Of a DNA stretch of 64,000 nucleotides, positions 1-10,808 are shown piece after piece. Each line of letters begins with the position of its first letter. Positions within the stretch are counted from its first letter, which is position 1. This DNA comes from Macrostomum lignano (lineage: Eukaryota). The notes below the pieces were generated by a model. The model was not told the DNA's origin. It worked only from the letters and a program-made list of their open reading frames with translations, and did no database searches. The stretch lies in assembly GCA_002269645.1 (NCBI GenBank), contig NIVC01001326.1, positions 243,708 to 307,707 of the forward strand, written 5' to 3'. A program made the translations under genes and the position numbers.

Positions 1-618
1 CACTGTAATTCTCATATTATGGAACAAAGAAGTCTCATAGCTTTCTTTGAGATGAGAACTTTGTGTTGTTTTATGTCCCACAGACAAATAATTCAAAATA
101 GGCTATGGCTTAAAGATTAACATAAATATTGAAAATAAGATATATTTATAGTTTATTAATTGTTTGGTGGTTAAAACTGGATAAAGTATAGTAGGTCAAG
201 TTTATTAGGAAATAATGTTGTGCTACTAAATTTACGACTGAGACTGACTTTGTGGGTGCCAAGTTGCTAAACTACAATAACAAAATTAAGGCTTACAATC
301 AAAGCTTCACAGTTGGAATAAATGAGCTTAGTTGAGCAAGATAATGAGAGTAGGCTAGCAAAGTAAACAAAATGAAATACAAAATGTAAACAATTGAGAG
401 AGAAGAGACTAGGGTTTTCATACATGCGCAACCCCCTGATTTACACTGGCCATGCAACTTACTTTTTGACCAAAAATGCAACTTACCTATAAAAGAAACC
501 CTAATGCAATTTTGGATAAACAGCAGGAAAAATATGACTGTCTTATAAGGGCTAAATGCCTAGTCATCTAATTAGTACTATGTCTGTATTCTTTAGGCTG
601 GGCATTTTCGCAACTTAC

Positions 619-677
619 CCCTGGTCTACCACAATTTACGGTGGCTAGATTGGCCAGGTCAGCCAGCAGTTGCGCAT
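619..677 (-). CDS. Candidate internal exon of an unidentified minus-strand gene (DAQLLADLANLATVNCGRPG)
   Basis: On the minus strand: cttatag acceptor, 59-nt open exon, then a GTAAGT donor. No homology recognised. Confidence 0.25.
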
Positions 678-2399
678 CTATAAGGGTTTTTGTAAACACG
701 CAAAAGTAGGAAATTAAATAGTAAGCAGCCAGCAATCCAATAGGTAGGGGTGGATGCTGGACATAGTGGTAGGCATGGATAAACACAAAAGGGCAAAATT
801 CCAAGAAAACAACAAAAATTAACAAAAGATCCATAGAGGGGATATTAGTAGGTTAGAACATAGAAAACAGAGAAAATTGCACTTGGACAAGCAAAGATAG
901 GCCACGCTGGGGATAAACTGACATCAGGTAGTCAGAGCATAGAGGACTTCACATGCAAAAATTAATTCAGCTAAAATTAATAAGGTCAAGTCACAAATTT
1001 CAAGTGGCAACCTGCCTGCCACAATACCCTAATTCTAATACTTTATTCTCTTATTAGATTGGAATAAATGTTAAAAACCCATAGATGTGGATTTTAGAAT
1101 TTAGAATAGAATCAAATTATTTTACTACACTTTAGCATTATTTTGAGATGTTCCAAAATAGCATTTTCTGTCAAAATTGAAATTTTCTAACTTTCCTAAA
1201 TCAAAATTGAAAATTTCCAAAATCAAAATTCAGAAAAACAAAGTTTAGTTAGTATGACCAACACTCACTTTTTTACTTTTGATTTATTGCTTATGCAAAA
1301 CAAATTACATGTAAATATAATTAAAAATTAGTTTATTTTTAGCCACTTTTTTAGACTTTTTCAAAGTTTTAATTTCCAATTTTTTAAAATTAAAATTTGC
1401 TTTTAAAAATTCCAAATTTTAGAAAATCAAAAGTGAAATTTTAAAACATCTCTAAGCATTATAATATAAAATAAGCATTATAAGCATTATAAAAGGCACT
1501 GCAGTTCTGATGAAAAAACTAGAGTTCTACTACAGCTATGGATATAGCTATGGGAAGTTTTTGAATATAGTGGTTTTTAGATAAAGCATATGGATATAGT
1601 TATAGTTACAAGAACACATTTCCCATATCTAGTTTTTATTCAAATTTTTTAGAATAATGTGTTGCCGGGTGTGCCTCTCTCTTTGACAATGACTGCAATT
1701 GTCGATGTTTCTATTGAATTAAATAAGTTAGAGGTTTGATTTGTTTCTCTCAATCTCTAACCTTCAACAAGATGTTTATTACTAATTAATATTAGTAGCA
1801 ATTCCTAATAGGATATTGATCATGCAATTTTGCAAATTTGTTACGCAATTCAATGAAAATGGAGCCACAGGCTACTTATTGATATTGTCACACAAATTGA
1901 CATTTGTCCATATTTATCTCTGTTAAATTGGGATATTAGAGTTCAGGCCCGATTGTTGGGACAAGCTAGTGGAGCAGTTGAGGAGGCAAAGAGGCGGAGA
2001 GCTGAGTGCGGTGAGAGGGCGAGGAGCGAGGTGCAAAGGGGACAAAGGCAGACAAGAGGACTAGGAGACAAAGGGATGAGAATGGACAAGGGTGGACAAG
2101 ACAGAGACTGGCTTCATTCTCACTAAATGCTAGTATATATATATGATTTCTATAATGCATTTCATTGGTGTTCGCTTTATGCAATGGGATCTTTATTGCC
2201 ACACAAGAATCTGCTATACTTTCCTGATAGAAAAACCTTCTGAAGTTCGCATTAGATTAAAAAATAACATTGGGCATAACATGCTTAAATTAAGATCACT
2301 GCCCTATACCTAGTAATACCACTTAACTGAGACTTTGAAAGAGCATTAGAACTATCGATTTAATAATCTGCCTTAATATCTTTTCTATCAATCTGGCCC

Positions 2400-3870
2400 A
2401 TGTGATTTATCACTAATGATAAACTAATTGATAAATACTTATCAGGTTGCCTACCCATGAAATAAATAGCAAACCAATGGTGTATCAATAAAAGGCATCA
2501 ATGATGGTAACAGCAGGTCTGTCAACAGCTTTCTTCTGAAGTCCTGATAGAACTTCAACAACCTCCAGGAATGGTAACATTCTGGCAACAATAAATAAAG
2601 TCCTTTCTTTACTAAACTGCTGGCAACAATGGCTATCAGTGGGTCATAGGTAAAGCATTATCAACAGAGACTTCAACAACATTCAAACCAACAGTTCTGG
2701 TTGTACTCATCACTTGCCTGTAGCATTCGAATTGCTTCTTGGCTGTTAGAGTGGCCATTGGAAATATTGCGATAAGATCTTTGTACCTGCTTACCAATGA
2801 CTTCACATCATGAAGCAAAGCAATGTCAAAGCAACAGTGCCGTCTGCTATTGGTCCATGTACCTCGGCCGTTTAAGTATTTGATTCGCTTTGCAACGTAT
2901 ATTTCGTCAGTGATCAGCAGAGTTGTTTTTAAAATGCATTCAGCCTTGATGCACGAAGACTTAGATAGGCAGTGTTGTCAAGCCCAGTTTCTTATTGGAT
3001 CCGCCGTGTGACCTTTTCAGGGTTTTAACCGACGGCAAACAGAGAACATTCTTTGCCAACAACACTGTGTAGGCTGCAGAGCTGGACGCGTGAATCAAGA
3101 AAGAGAAAACAGTTAATTCTGGTGAATAAATTCGACTAGGCTTTCCCGTTCCTGCGAGACTGATTTGCTCAAGCAGAAAGCTAAACCTTCTGTGTTTTTC
3201 GCTAGTATCAGAAAGCGCTTTGTTGTAGTCTTTCAGGTGTTCCTGAGCAGCATATCGACTGATGACAGTTCAGGGGACTGATTAGTATCACTGTCGCACC
3301 AAGATTTCAACCGACCCATTGGGTTCAAAAGCTGTGACAGCGTTAAAAGTCTGCTTCCTGAAGGTACAATGTCTGCGAGATTTTTCGCGGCAACAGCTGA
3401 ATTGTGAAATCTGCACTTGTATTTATTGTATTTAGGCAGATACAGTCACTCCCTGGAAAGCCGCCCTTTCAATTCCTCCTGCGTCAATGTGTTATAAGGA
3501 GTCCTCAGTTTCAAAAGCTTCACACAGCCACCAATCGTTCTTTCTTCTTAAGTCGAGCAGAAGCAGATGGCCATTCGGTCGCTAGATTTTTAGACAAGTA
3601 GTATGGCTCATTGAGAAATATGCTGGACACAGCACCATTTTCCAGATACCTGCAGTTCAGTTTGTTGCGTCGTCGTGGGTTCGACTCGTGGCGCTCCTTG
3701 ACGAAGTTTTGCGTGCTCGGAACAAACTCTTTTCTTGAGTTTGCTCTTATCCACCTGGCTTTCAAAGCCTCATCACGAGAGAACAAGTGCAGAGTCACTC
3801 CCAAAAGAAGAGGCTTGCTTTTACGAGTATTGCCGCTCTTACAGGCAAATGCGCAGCACTTGTTGACCAT
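2400..3870 (-). mobile_element. Decayed THAP-domain / P-element-family (THAP9-like) transposase remnant
   Basis: ORF 3870-3520 reads MVNKCCAFAC...LHLF.RD..LKARWI...GAVSSIF, a THAP fold with the distal C/H segment deleted. Downstream minus-strand frames give FLLEQISL...RIYSPELTVFSFLIH...LCLPSVKTLK, then LLITDEIYVAKRI and SLVSRYKDLIAIFPM...VSVDNA, which are P-element transposase core motifs. Stops and frameshifts interrupt it. TIRs were not identified. Confidence 0.8.
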
Positions 3871-4199
3871 TTTGGAGTTTTAGAAGAGAATTTTCTGAAA
3901 TCTATCACATATACAGTTGTGGACAAAGCATTTTTAGTGTATATTATTTAGTATAGTGGATTTTTATTTGCGTTGAAGAGCTATTCCAAGTGCTCTTTCA
4001 AGCTTTAAAATATACTTGAAAAATTAGTTAGCCACCCACCAAGCGTTGAAGCACACCTTGATGGGCGTACATTTCTGCTCTAAGGAAAAAGAATAAGAAC
4101 GTTCTATTAACAAATGGACAAATGGGAGACTGTTCTTCCTCATCAAGCTTCTGCAAGTCCATTCCTCTGTTCCTTTATCAATGCAATGCCCAGTCTTAC

Positions 4200-4687
4200 C
4201 TGGTCCAAAATCTCACAATGAACTACGCTAGTGTAAGCGGTTGAATCATTTGGGTACCAGTGTTCGAAGCTTATGGAATGATCGGGAATAACTGGGGGAG
4301 AGAAATAGGAACAGTCTCCACAGCAGAAATATTTTTTATGAGTAGTAGTGGTGTTCGGGTTTCCATTTTTTCTGGTTTCGGGGAAACACTGACCTCGAAA
4401 CCCGGAACCCGACATGGACCCTGTTAGATTTCCAGAATTCACAAACAGGAGTTTCAAAGTTTTTCTGGGCCAGGCTTTGGCTTCGGTACAACAATAGTTG
4501 GTCGGCGGCCTTGTGCCGAATCCCTTGTCGAGCTGTTTGCAGTTGCAGCAGATAATTCTGAAGTAGATCCGTTGGCCCCACTTTGGCACTCTCGCGGTGT
4601 TATTCCGATAGATCGGCAGAATTGCAGCAACTTGCTGCTGTCTCCTTTATTTCGATTCTGACTCCTCGACTGATTCAGATTCACCAT
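4200..4687 (-). CDS. Possible 5' exons of a gene divergent from ATP5PF (needs one frameshift near 4460)
   Basis: ATG 4687 opens a 77-aa S/A-rich ORF. Further on are a GAG|GTCAGT donor (4393), a pyrimidine-rich cccccag acceptor (4292), and a 92-nt open exon 4291-4200 ending CAG|GTAAGA. One extra A in the A5 run at 4460-4464 would join these in frame. Confidence 0.3.
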
Positions 4688-4998
4688 CTTCGATGGGTGG
4701 AATCAGAAATGTCACGGGACAATGTGCTATTGCCATTGGCATCAGCAATTCATGTGTTTAATGAAAATGTATGTAATTATAAATAAAGGGATTTTTAAAT
4801 CCAAAAGCATAGCCTAGCGGCCAGCCAGAATCCATAGATTCATAGATTTCATCCGTAGAACCCTACATTTGTAATTGAAAACTAGAAAACTTTCACTTTT
4901 TCACTAGACAAGGTTAAACAAAAAGATTTCTTTAGCATTTTACCAGTCTGAAAATCTAGCAAGCAGTGCATTCAGAATCCTGCCATGCTGCCTTCCAG

Positions 4999-5322
4999 AT
5001 GTTTCGCGCTCTCGCTAGCCTTGCCGCCAGTCGCGGCGCCACCACGCCGCTGGTGTCTCTGAGCCGGCCTCTGGCCGCCGCAGCCGCTGGCCCGTCTGAC
5101 CCAATCCAGAAGCTTTTCCTTGACAAGCTTCGCGAATACAAGAAGAAGCAGGCGGGTGCCAAGGACGGCCTGGTGGACGCCAGCCCGCAGTCGCAGCGGG
5201 AGTACACCGACATGCTCGAACGGGTTGAACGTCAATTCGAAGCCAAAGGCCAGGACATGTCGGCCTTTCCTAAATTCGAGTTCAAAGAGCCGACGCTGCA
5301 GAATCCAAGCGCTAATCGTTGA
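4999..5322 (+). CDS. ATP5PF: Mitochondrial ATP synthase coupling factor 6 (peripheral stalk subunit F6), 107 aa, no intron in the CDS
   Basis: The N-terminus is an Arg/Ala-rich presequence, followed by DPIQKLFLDKLREY...GLVDAS and a FPKFEFKEP tail typical of CF6. ATG 4999 is immediately preceded by ccttccag. Confidence 0.95.
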   Translation: MFRALASLAASRGATTPLVSLSRPLAAAAAGPSDPIQKLFLDKLREYKKKQAGAKDGLVDASPQSQREYTDMLERVERQFEAKGQDMSAFPKFEFKEPTLQNPSANR

Positions 5323-6133
5323 TTTGATGAAGAACAGAATATGCTCTAATATGGAGTAGCCTACTATTAGTAATAACCTACTACTGACCATTGGGAGAAA
5401 TGCCTAGTAGTTAAATAATAAATAATTTAATTCATCCATATGAAAAGAACCGACGAGACTCTTGAACACAAAATACCCAAGAAGAAATCGAATCCCAAGC
5501 ACCCAGCATATTAGCCATTATCTTATTCCATCCTTATCATCTTCTCTATAGACAAATATAGAACTTGTTTAGCTAGCCATATTTGCACTGACTGCAGCAG
5601 TAGCAACAGATCAATTTAAAAGTGGAAGGAAATTAGTTGAACCGTACTAATTATATAATTATAAATATAAGCTGGATTTTGTGCTACGTCTGTCACCTTT
5701 TCGGTGCGATTTCTTGCTCGCTAATTGCATCCGTGGCGTGTTCCCTGTTGATTTATTTAAATATTTTTACAATTCTTTCTTAGGGGTCATTAATTCCTGA
5801 TCTTATACAGTCTGATTTTATCTCATCCATCCCATCTGACTCCCCTTATATCTCATCCTTCTGACTCACCCCTCACAATCACTCCCTCTAGCTATCTCAT
5901 CCTTCTGACTCTCACCCCTCACAATCAGATCCCTCTTAGCTATCTCAACCATTTGACTTTCACCCCTCACTATTTTTATCTCACTCTTACGACTTTACGA
6001 TCTACTCCCTTCATCTCACCCTCCTCAATCTACTCCCTCTATCTCACCCTTTGTCTCTGACAAAGAGACGAGATTCAACCTATAACAATAAAAGCAGTCT
6101 ATGATATTGAGGGCATCCTACAAGCCCGAATAA

Positions 6134-6811
6134 ATGAATGCTCAAACTTTCATGGGCGAGCCAACAGCTAACCGGACTGGCGCGGACTGCGTGCCGAAGC
6201 TGATAGCCAGCATGCGGCTGTCGAACGAACTGCCGGCTCGTGGCACCAGCTACGACTATTATAGCAGCTTTCCCGCTTTCCGGGCCCTGATGGACGCGCA
6301 GTCCTCTAAGCTGCTCTATATGATGCAGCGGCTGATCAACTATCAGGTAAAATAAGTTAGATAAAGCTACACACACTACTGCAAATAGCACTATTAGTAT
6401 AGTATTAGTATATTGTGATATATACTCTCAAAGAGGGTTGTAGCTTAGTGATTAGGGCGTCGAACTCGCGACTGAAAGGTCGGGGGTTCGATTCTCAACC
6501 CACTCTGCATTGCTTCAGTTCACCCAGCTGAAAAAATGGGTGCCAGCATTAGCTGGGGTAATTGAGGGTGTGTTGCCAGTGGCGATCCCCCAGTCCTTGG
6601 ACTGAACAGCCGTACGCAGCCTTCAGATGCGCCGTGCAATATCTGCGGCTGAGCTGTCGGTTGCACATCTGGCCCAATTGGGGCAGGTGTAAATAATTTT
6701 TTTGAATATATAGTACTACGAGAAATAAGCTAGTTCCTTCGCTACTACTGCTAGTAATATAGCTACAAGTACTACAAATACCATAAATTCCAATACTACT
6801 ACTGCTACTGT

Positions 6812-6876
<65 letters not shown>

Positions 6877-9800
6877 ACAACAACTCTCCTCTCCACTTTG
6901 GAAGGGTGCCGGCGGTTCAGTCATAGGCGGCCAAATCAATCGAGACTTCGATGAACGGTTTGAATCGTTAATCGAGGTCAACGACGAACTGCTAGAACGA
7001 GTCGGCGCCGCGCTGGACGCACACGAGCGGGGTCAGCAGCCGGCAGCGGCTACGTCAAAGCAGCAGCAGAAGCCGCAGCAGTCCAATCAGCCGACTCAGA
7101 CCTTAACCCCCGCATCCGCCGCCGCCGTCCGCTTTCTCGCTGCGCGCATTGTGGCCCGACCGCAGGACCAGTTCCAACTGAAGCCGGACAATTCCGCGGC
7201 GCCGTTCCGTAGCCGGCTGCGAGTCAAGCACAATGCGCTGCAGGCAGGCGCCGCCGCTGAGCAGCTGGTGATGCAGCCGGGCCAGCATCCGTACGGACCG
7301 GAACTGGACGCGTTCACCCCGGAGGAGCGGTTCCTTGGCTCACCGCCTTCGCCGCAGCAGCCGCCAGCGCCGCCTCCGCCGCAACGCCTGGACGAAACGG
7401 AGCTAACGCTGGTGCAGACTACGGACGATCTGGCCGAACTGCTCGCACTGCTGGACGGCGAACGGGAGCTGGCGGTTGACCTGGAGGCGCATAGTTACCG
7501 GTCTTACCTCGGCATTACCTGTCTGATTCAGGTGAGTTCTACTTTTTGCATTCCGTCGAGTACAATTTTACCATAGACACTTTCCAAGTATTCCATTCTG
7601 CTGTTATTAGAGGCATTGTCGCACAACCCGCGAGAGGCATTACTGCCAATTCCGCCGACTCCCCTGAGCAGTCATGCGCACAGGCGCACACTCACACAGG
7701 AGTGTACAGCGGCCCTAAAAGGGGTGTCAACTTAAGCGCTAGAATAGAAGGCTCCATTCTAGAGCCTTCAGTTGACATGAGATCCCCATTTTATCCCATT
7801 AATCCCCTGGGACCCCAAGGAAGGGACCCGGATAGGATGTCTCGGCGATTCTAGTCACCGGGTCCGACCAGTTATCGATTCCAGTCGGTTTGGTCTGGAG
7901 CCTTGCTTTGGGCTCCATTCTAGCGCTTAAGTTGACACCCCCTTTATCGTTAGGCATGTACAATATCTCAGCTGATTCATTAACCTTTTCAGATCTCGAC
8001 TCGAACTCGGGACTTCATAGTGGACACCCTGCGCCTGTGGGATCACGTCTGGCAGTTGAATAGAATCTTCACTAATCCCAAAATTCTCAAAGTGCTGCAC
8101 GGCTCCTCCGGCGATCTGGCCTGGCTACAGCGCGACTTCGGCATCTACATGGTGAACCTGTTCGACACCTATCTGGCATCGCACATCTTGTCGATGCCGC
8201 GCCACTCTCTGGCCCACCTGGTGCAAACCTATTGCGGTTTTGCATTGGACAAGCAGTACCAGCTGGCCGACTGGCGGGTCCGGCCTCTGCCAGCCGAGAT
8301 GCTGCGCTACGCCAGGTGCGACACCCGCTACCTGTTGTACATCGCCGACAGGATGCGCGCCGAGCTGTGGCGCCGCGCCGACGGCCAGCCGGACCTGGTG
8401 CTGCGCGTGTTCGACGCGTCGCGCCGACTGTGCCTCGAGCTGTACAAGAAGCCCAGCTTGGGCGCGGACGACTATCGCCAGCTGTTAGCTAAATCTCGCA
8501 AAGCATTCAACTCCGGCCAGATACACGCGTTGGAACGGCTGTACGCTTGGCGGGATGCCACCGCCAGGGTGGAGGACGAGAGCGTCGCCTACGTGCTGCC
8601 GGATCACATGCTGCTGGCCGTGTGCGACCTGCTGCCCAGGTGAGGGGGGGGGGGTTCAGTTTGGGCGCGGCGGGTTTTCGTGCGATTCACAGCCATGAGG
8701 GCCAAACCCTGATGCACAGAGAGTGTACATGCCTGACGATTAGTAAGTCGGGGCCGCTGTACACCCTGTGTGAGCGTGTGTGAGTGCGTGCCTGCGTACA
8801 GCATTGGCGCGCCTGTGTGTGCTCAGGAGTCAGCGGAACGGGCAGCATTGCAATCAGCGTTATTTGTGCGACGATGTTACCAAAGGCGTTGCGCTAGAGT
8901 AATGTTTTTTAGGTCAATTGGGAATGGCTCAATGGAGGATTGCTCAAGTGGCTAAGGGCTCAATGGGGAATGGCTCTCAGGTGACTAAGGGCTCAATGGG
9001 GAATGGCTCTCAGGTGGCTAAGGGCTCAATGGGGAATGGCTCTCAGGTGGCTAAGGACTCAATGGGAAATGGCTCTCAGGTGGCTAAGGGCTCAATGGGG
9101 AATGGCTCTCAGGTGACTAAGGGCTCAATGGGGAATGGCTCTCAGGTGGCTAAGGACTCAATGGGAAATGGCTCTCAGGTGGCTAAGGACTCAATGGGGA
9201 ATCGCTCTCAGGTGGCTAAGGACTCAATGGGGAATCGCTCTCAGGTGGCTAAGGACTCAATGGGAAATGGCTCTCAGGTGGCTAAGGACTCAATGGGGAA
9301 TCGCTCTCAGGTGGCTAAGGACTCGATGGGGAATCGCTCTCAGGTGGCTAAGGACTCAATGGGGAATGGCTCTCAGGTTGCCAAGGCCTGAATAAAGGGG
9401 AATCCACTTTCCACCAACGCAGGGAGTTTACTGGCGTGCTGGCCTGCTGCAATCCGGTGCCGCCTTTAGTTCGCAAATACGTGCACGACCTGCACCGCAT
9501 CGTGCTCGAAGCCCGGGAACTGCGACCCGCCGAAGCAGCTGGCCGGAAGTCGGTCGGCGGCGGCAGCGGCGGCGGCGGCGGCAACGTCGGCAGTGGCGTC
9601 ACCGACCCGGCCTCGGTCGCCAATGCGTCGTTAAGCTACGCCGCAGCGGAGCCTACAGTCAGGCAGTTGCCGCAGCACCGCTGTCCGCACGACCTGTCCC
9701 ATTTCGGCGACGACGATTTCGCCTGCGCTTCGCCGCCGCCGTCGCCGTCGCCCACGACGTCGCCGAGTAGCTGGAAGACGACGCCGGCTGCCAGATGCTT

Positions 9801-10329
9801 CGGCCTGTTGACGGCGACTGGCGGCGAGGCTGCTGACGAACTGTTGCGAGCCACCCTTGGCCGCTTGGTCAGCCCGTTCTACTCTGTGCCAGCTCGGCCG
9901 GAGGCTTATTTCGTTGTCAAGGCAACGCCGCCAGACGAAACCGAGGAAGATTTGGACGGGAGCAATCAGGAGGCGACGACCGCGGCCGCGCCTGCGGCTG
10001 CTGCTGAGGAGGAGAAAGCGCCGTTTCTCCAGCCGACACAGCGGAAGCATCGGCGCCCGCGTCCGCCAAAAGCAGCGACTTCTTCAACTCAGGCTGATGC
10101 TGATGAAGCGGAGTCAGCGGAAGCTGACCAGCCTGAGTCCGGCAGCTTCGATTACGATCGGGCCGCGGTTGAACTGGCCAGCCGGGCCATGGACCGGTTC
10201 CCCATTCGCGATCCTCTCAATCTGATTGGCGGCGGCAAGCGGCGCTGCGGCGGGCGCGGTCGCGGCTCCGGCGGGCCGAGCCGATTAGCCAAGTATCGCA
10301 GGAAGCAACAGCAGCAGCAGCACTTTTGA
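6134..10329 (+). CDS. EXOSC10: Exosome component 10 / RRP6 3'-5' exoribonuclease; exons 6134-6346, 6905-7531, 7993-8639, 9423-10329
   Basis: PMC2NT-like YDYYSSFPAF and FESLIEVNDELLERVG; DEDD exonuclease motifs AVDLEAHSYRSYLGITCLIQ|ISTRTRDFIVD, HGSSGDLAWLQRDFGIY and YQLADWRVRPL...YARCDT; HRDC WRDATARVEDES..YVLP..ML; and ACCNPVPPLVR. All introns are GT-AG with consistent phases. Confidence 0.95.
6433..6650 (+). mobile_element. tRNA-derived SINE with a CORE-like body (family 1, copy A), in EXOSC10 intron 1
   Basis: A-box-like TAGCTTAGTGATTAG and B-box GGTTCGATTC, then ctctgcattgcttcagttcacccagctg..aaatgggtgccagcattagctgg, which is shared with 42412-42640. Confidence 0.65.
6770..6878 (+). repeat. 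(CTA)n microsatellite just upstream of the EXOSC10 exon 2 acceptor
   Basis: Direct reading of the sequence. Confidence 0.95.
7600..7961 (-). mobile_element. Inverted copy of dispersed repeat family 2 (SINE-like), split by a MITE
   Basis: The reverse complement has tgtacatgcctaacga on one side of the MITE and gggccgctgtacac.cctgtgtgag...gctcaggggagtcggcggaa on the other. This matches 8700-8860 and 52740-52870. Confidence 0.7.
7718..7944. mobile_element. MITE with about 28-bp TIRs and a TA target duplication (Tc1/mariner-type non-autonomous)
   Basis: Left end is TA|aaaggggtgtcaacttaagcgctagaat and right end is attctagcgcttaagttgacaccccctt|TA. The 25-bp TIR core is perfect. Confidence 0.85.
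8660..8900 (+). mobile_element. Dispersed repeat family 2, 5'-truncated copy in EXOSC10 intron 3
   Basis: About 130 bp (gcacagagagtgtacatgcctga...gctcagga) is nearly identical to 52745-52865. Confidence 0.75.
8930..9390 (+). repeat. 33-bp minisatellite (gggaatggctctcaggtggctaaggactcaatg), about 14 copies, EXOSC10 intron 3
   Basis: Direct reading; it explains the 11-aa periodic ORF 8918-9391. Confidence 0.95.
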
Positions 10330-10808
10330 AAGCCCATTACTGCTGTTTCAATTTCTTGCTTTTAGAAGTACAAGCATTTACAGTTTAGTCTGTTGCCTTG
10401 GTAATGCATTATTTTTAATATAATAATAGGTAATGGCATAGCCAAGGCAGCCAAATCATCCATTTGAGCGACGGATTAAAAGTTAATAATAAGACTGTTT
10501 CAACAAGAAAATCTCTCAATGAGCAGTAAATGCCGCTTTTGGCTTTCGCTTTTTTTGTTTATATTTTAGAGCAAACCTTTCATTGCATGGGAATAGATTA
10601 GCAATCCGTCCATCGATACGGTATTGCTAGAAATTCCTTATTGGCATATTCCTCGTGTTGATTAGTTTTATTTTGAAAATGCAAAAATCCTTTATTTCTA
10701 CTCGTCAGTAGTCAGATAAAGCAGTAACTTTTAACATATGCGTGGATTATTAAAAGGCTTTAGTTAAATTATTCATTTGCTTTTCCAGCCAAATTGCACG
10801 CCATTCCA

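Noticed and set aside
6433-6505. Possible tRNA gene
   Set aside because: A and B boxes are present but there is no closed acceptor stem, and the sequence runs straight into a SINE body shared with 42412.
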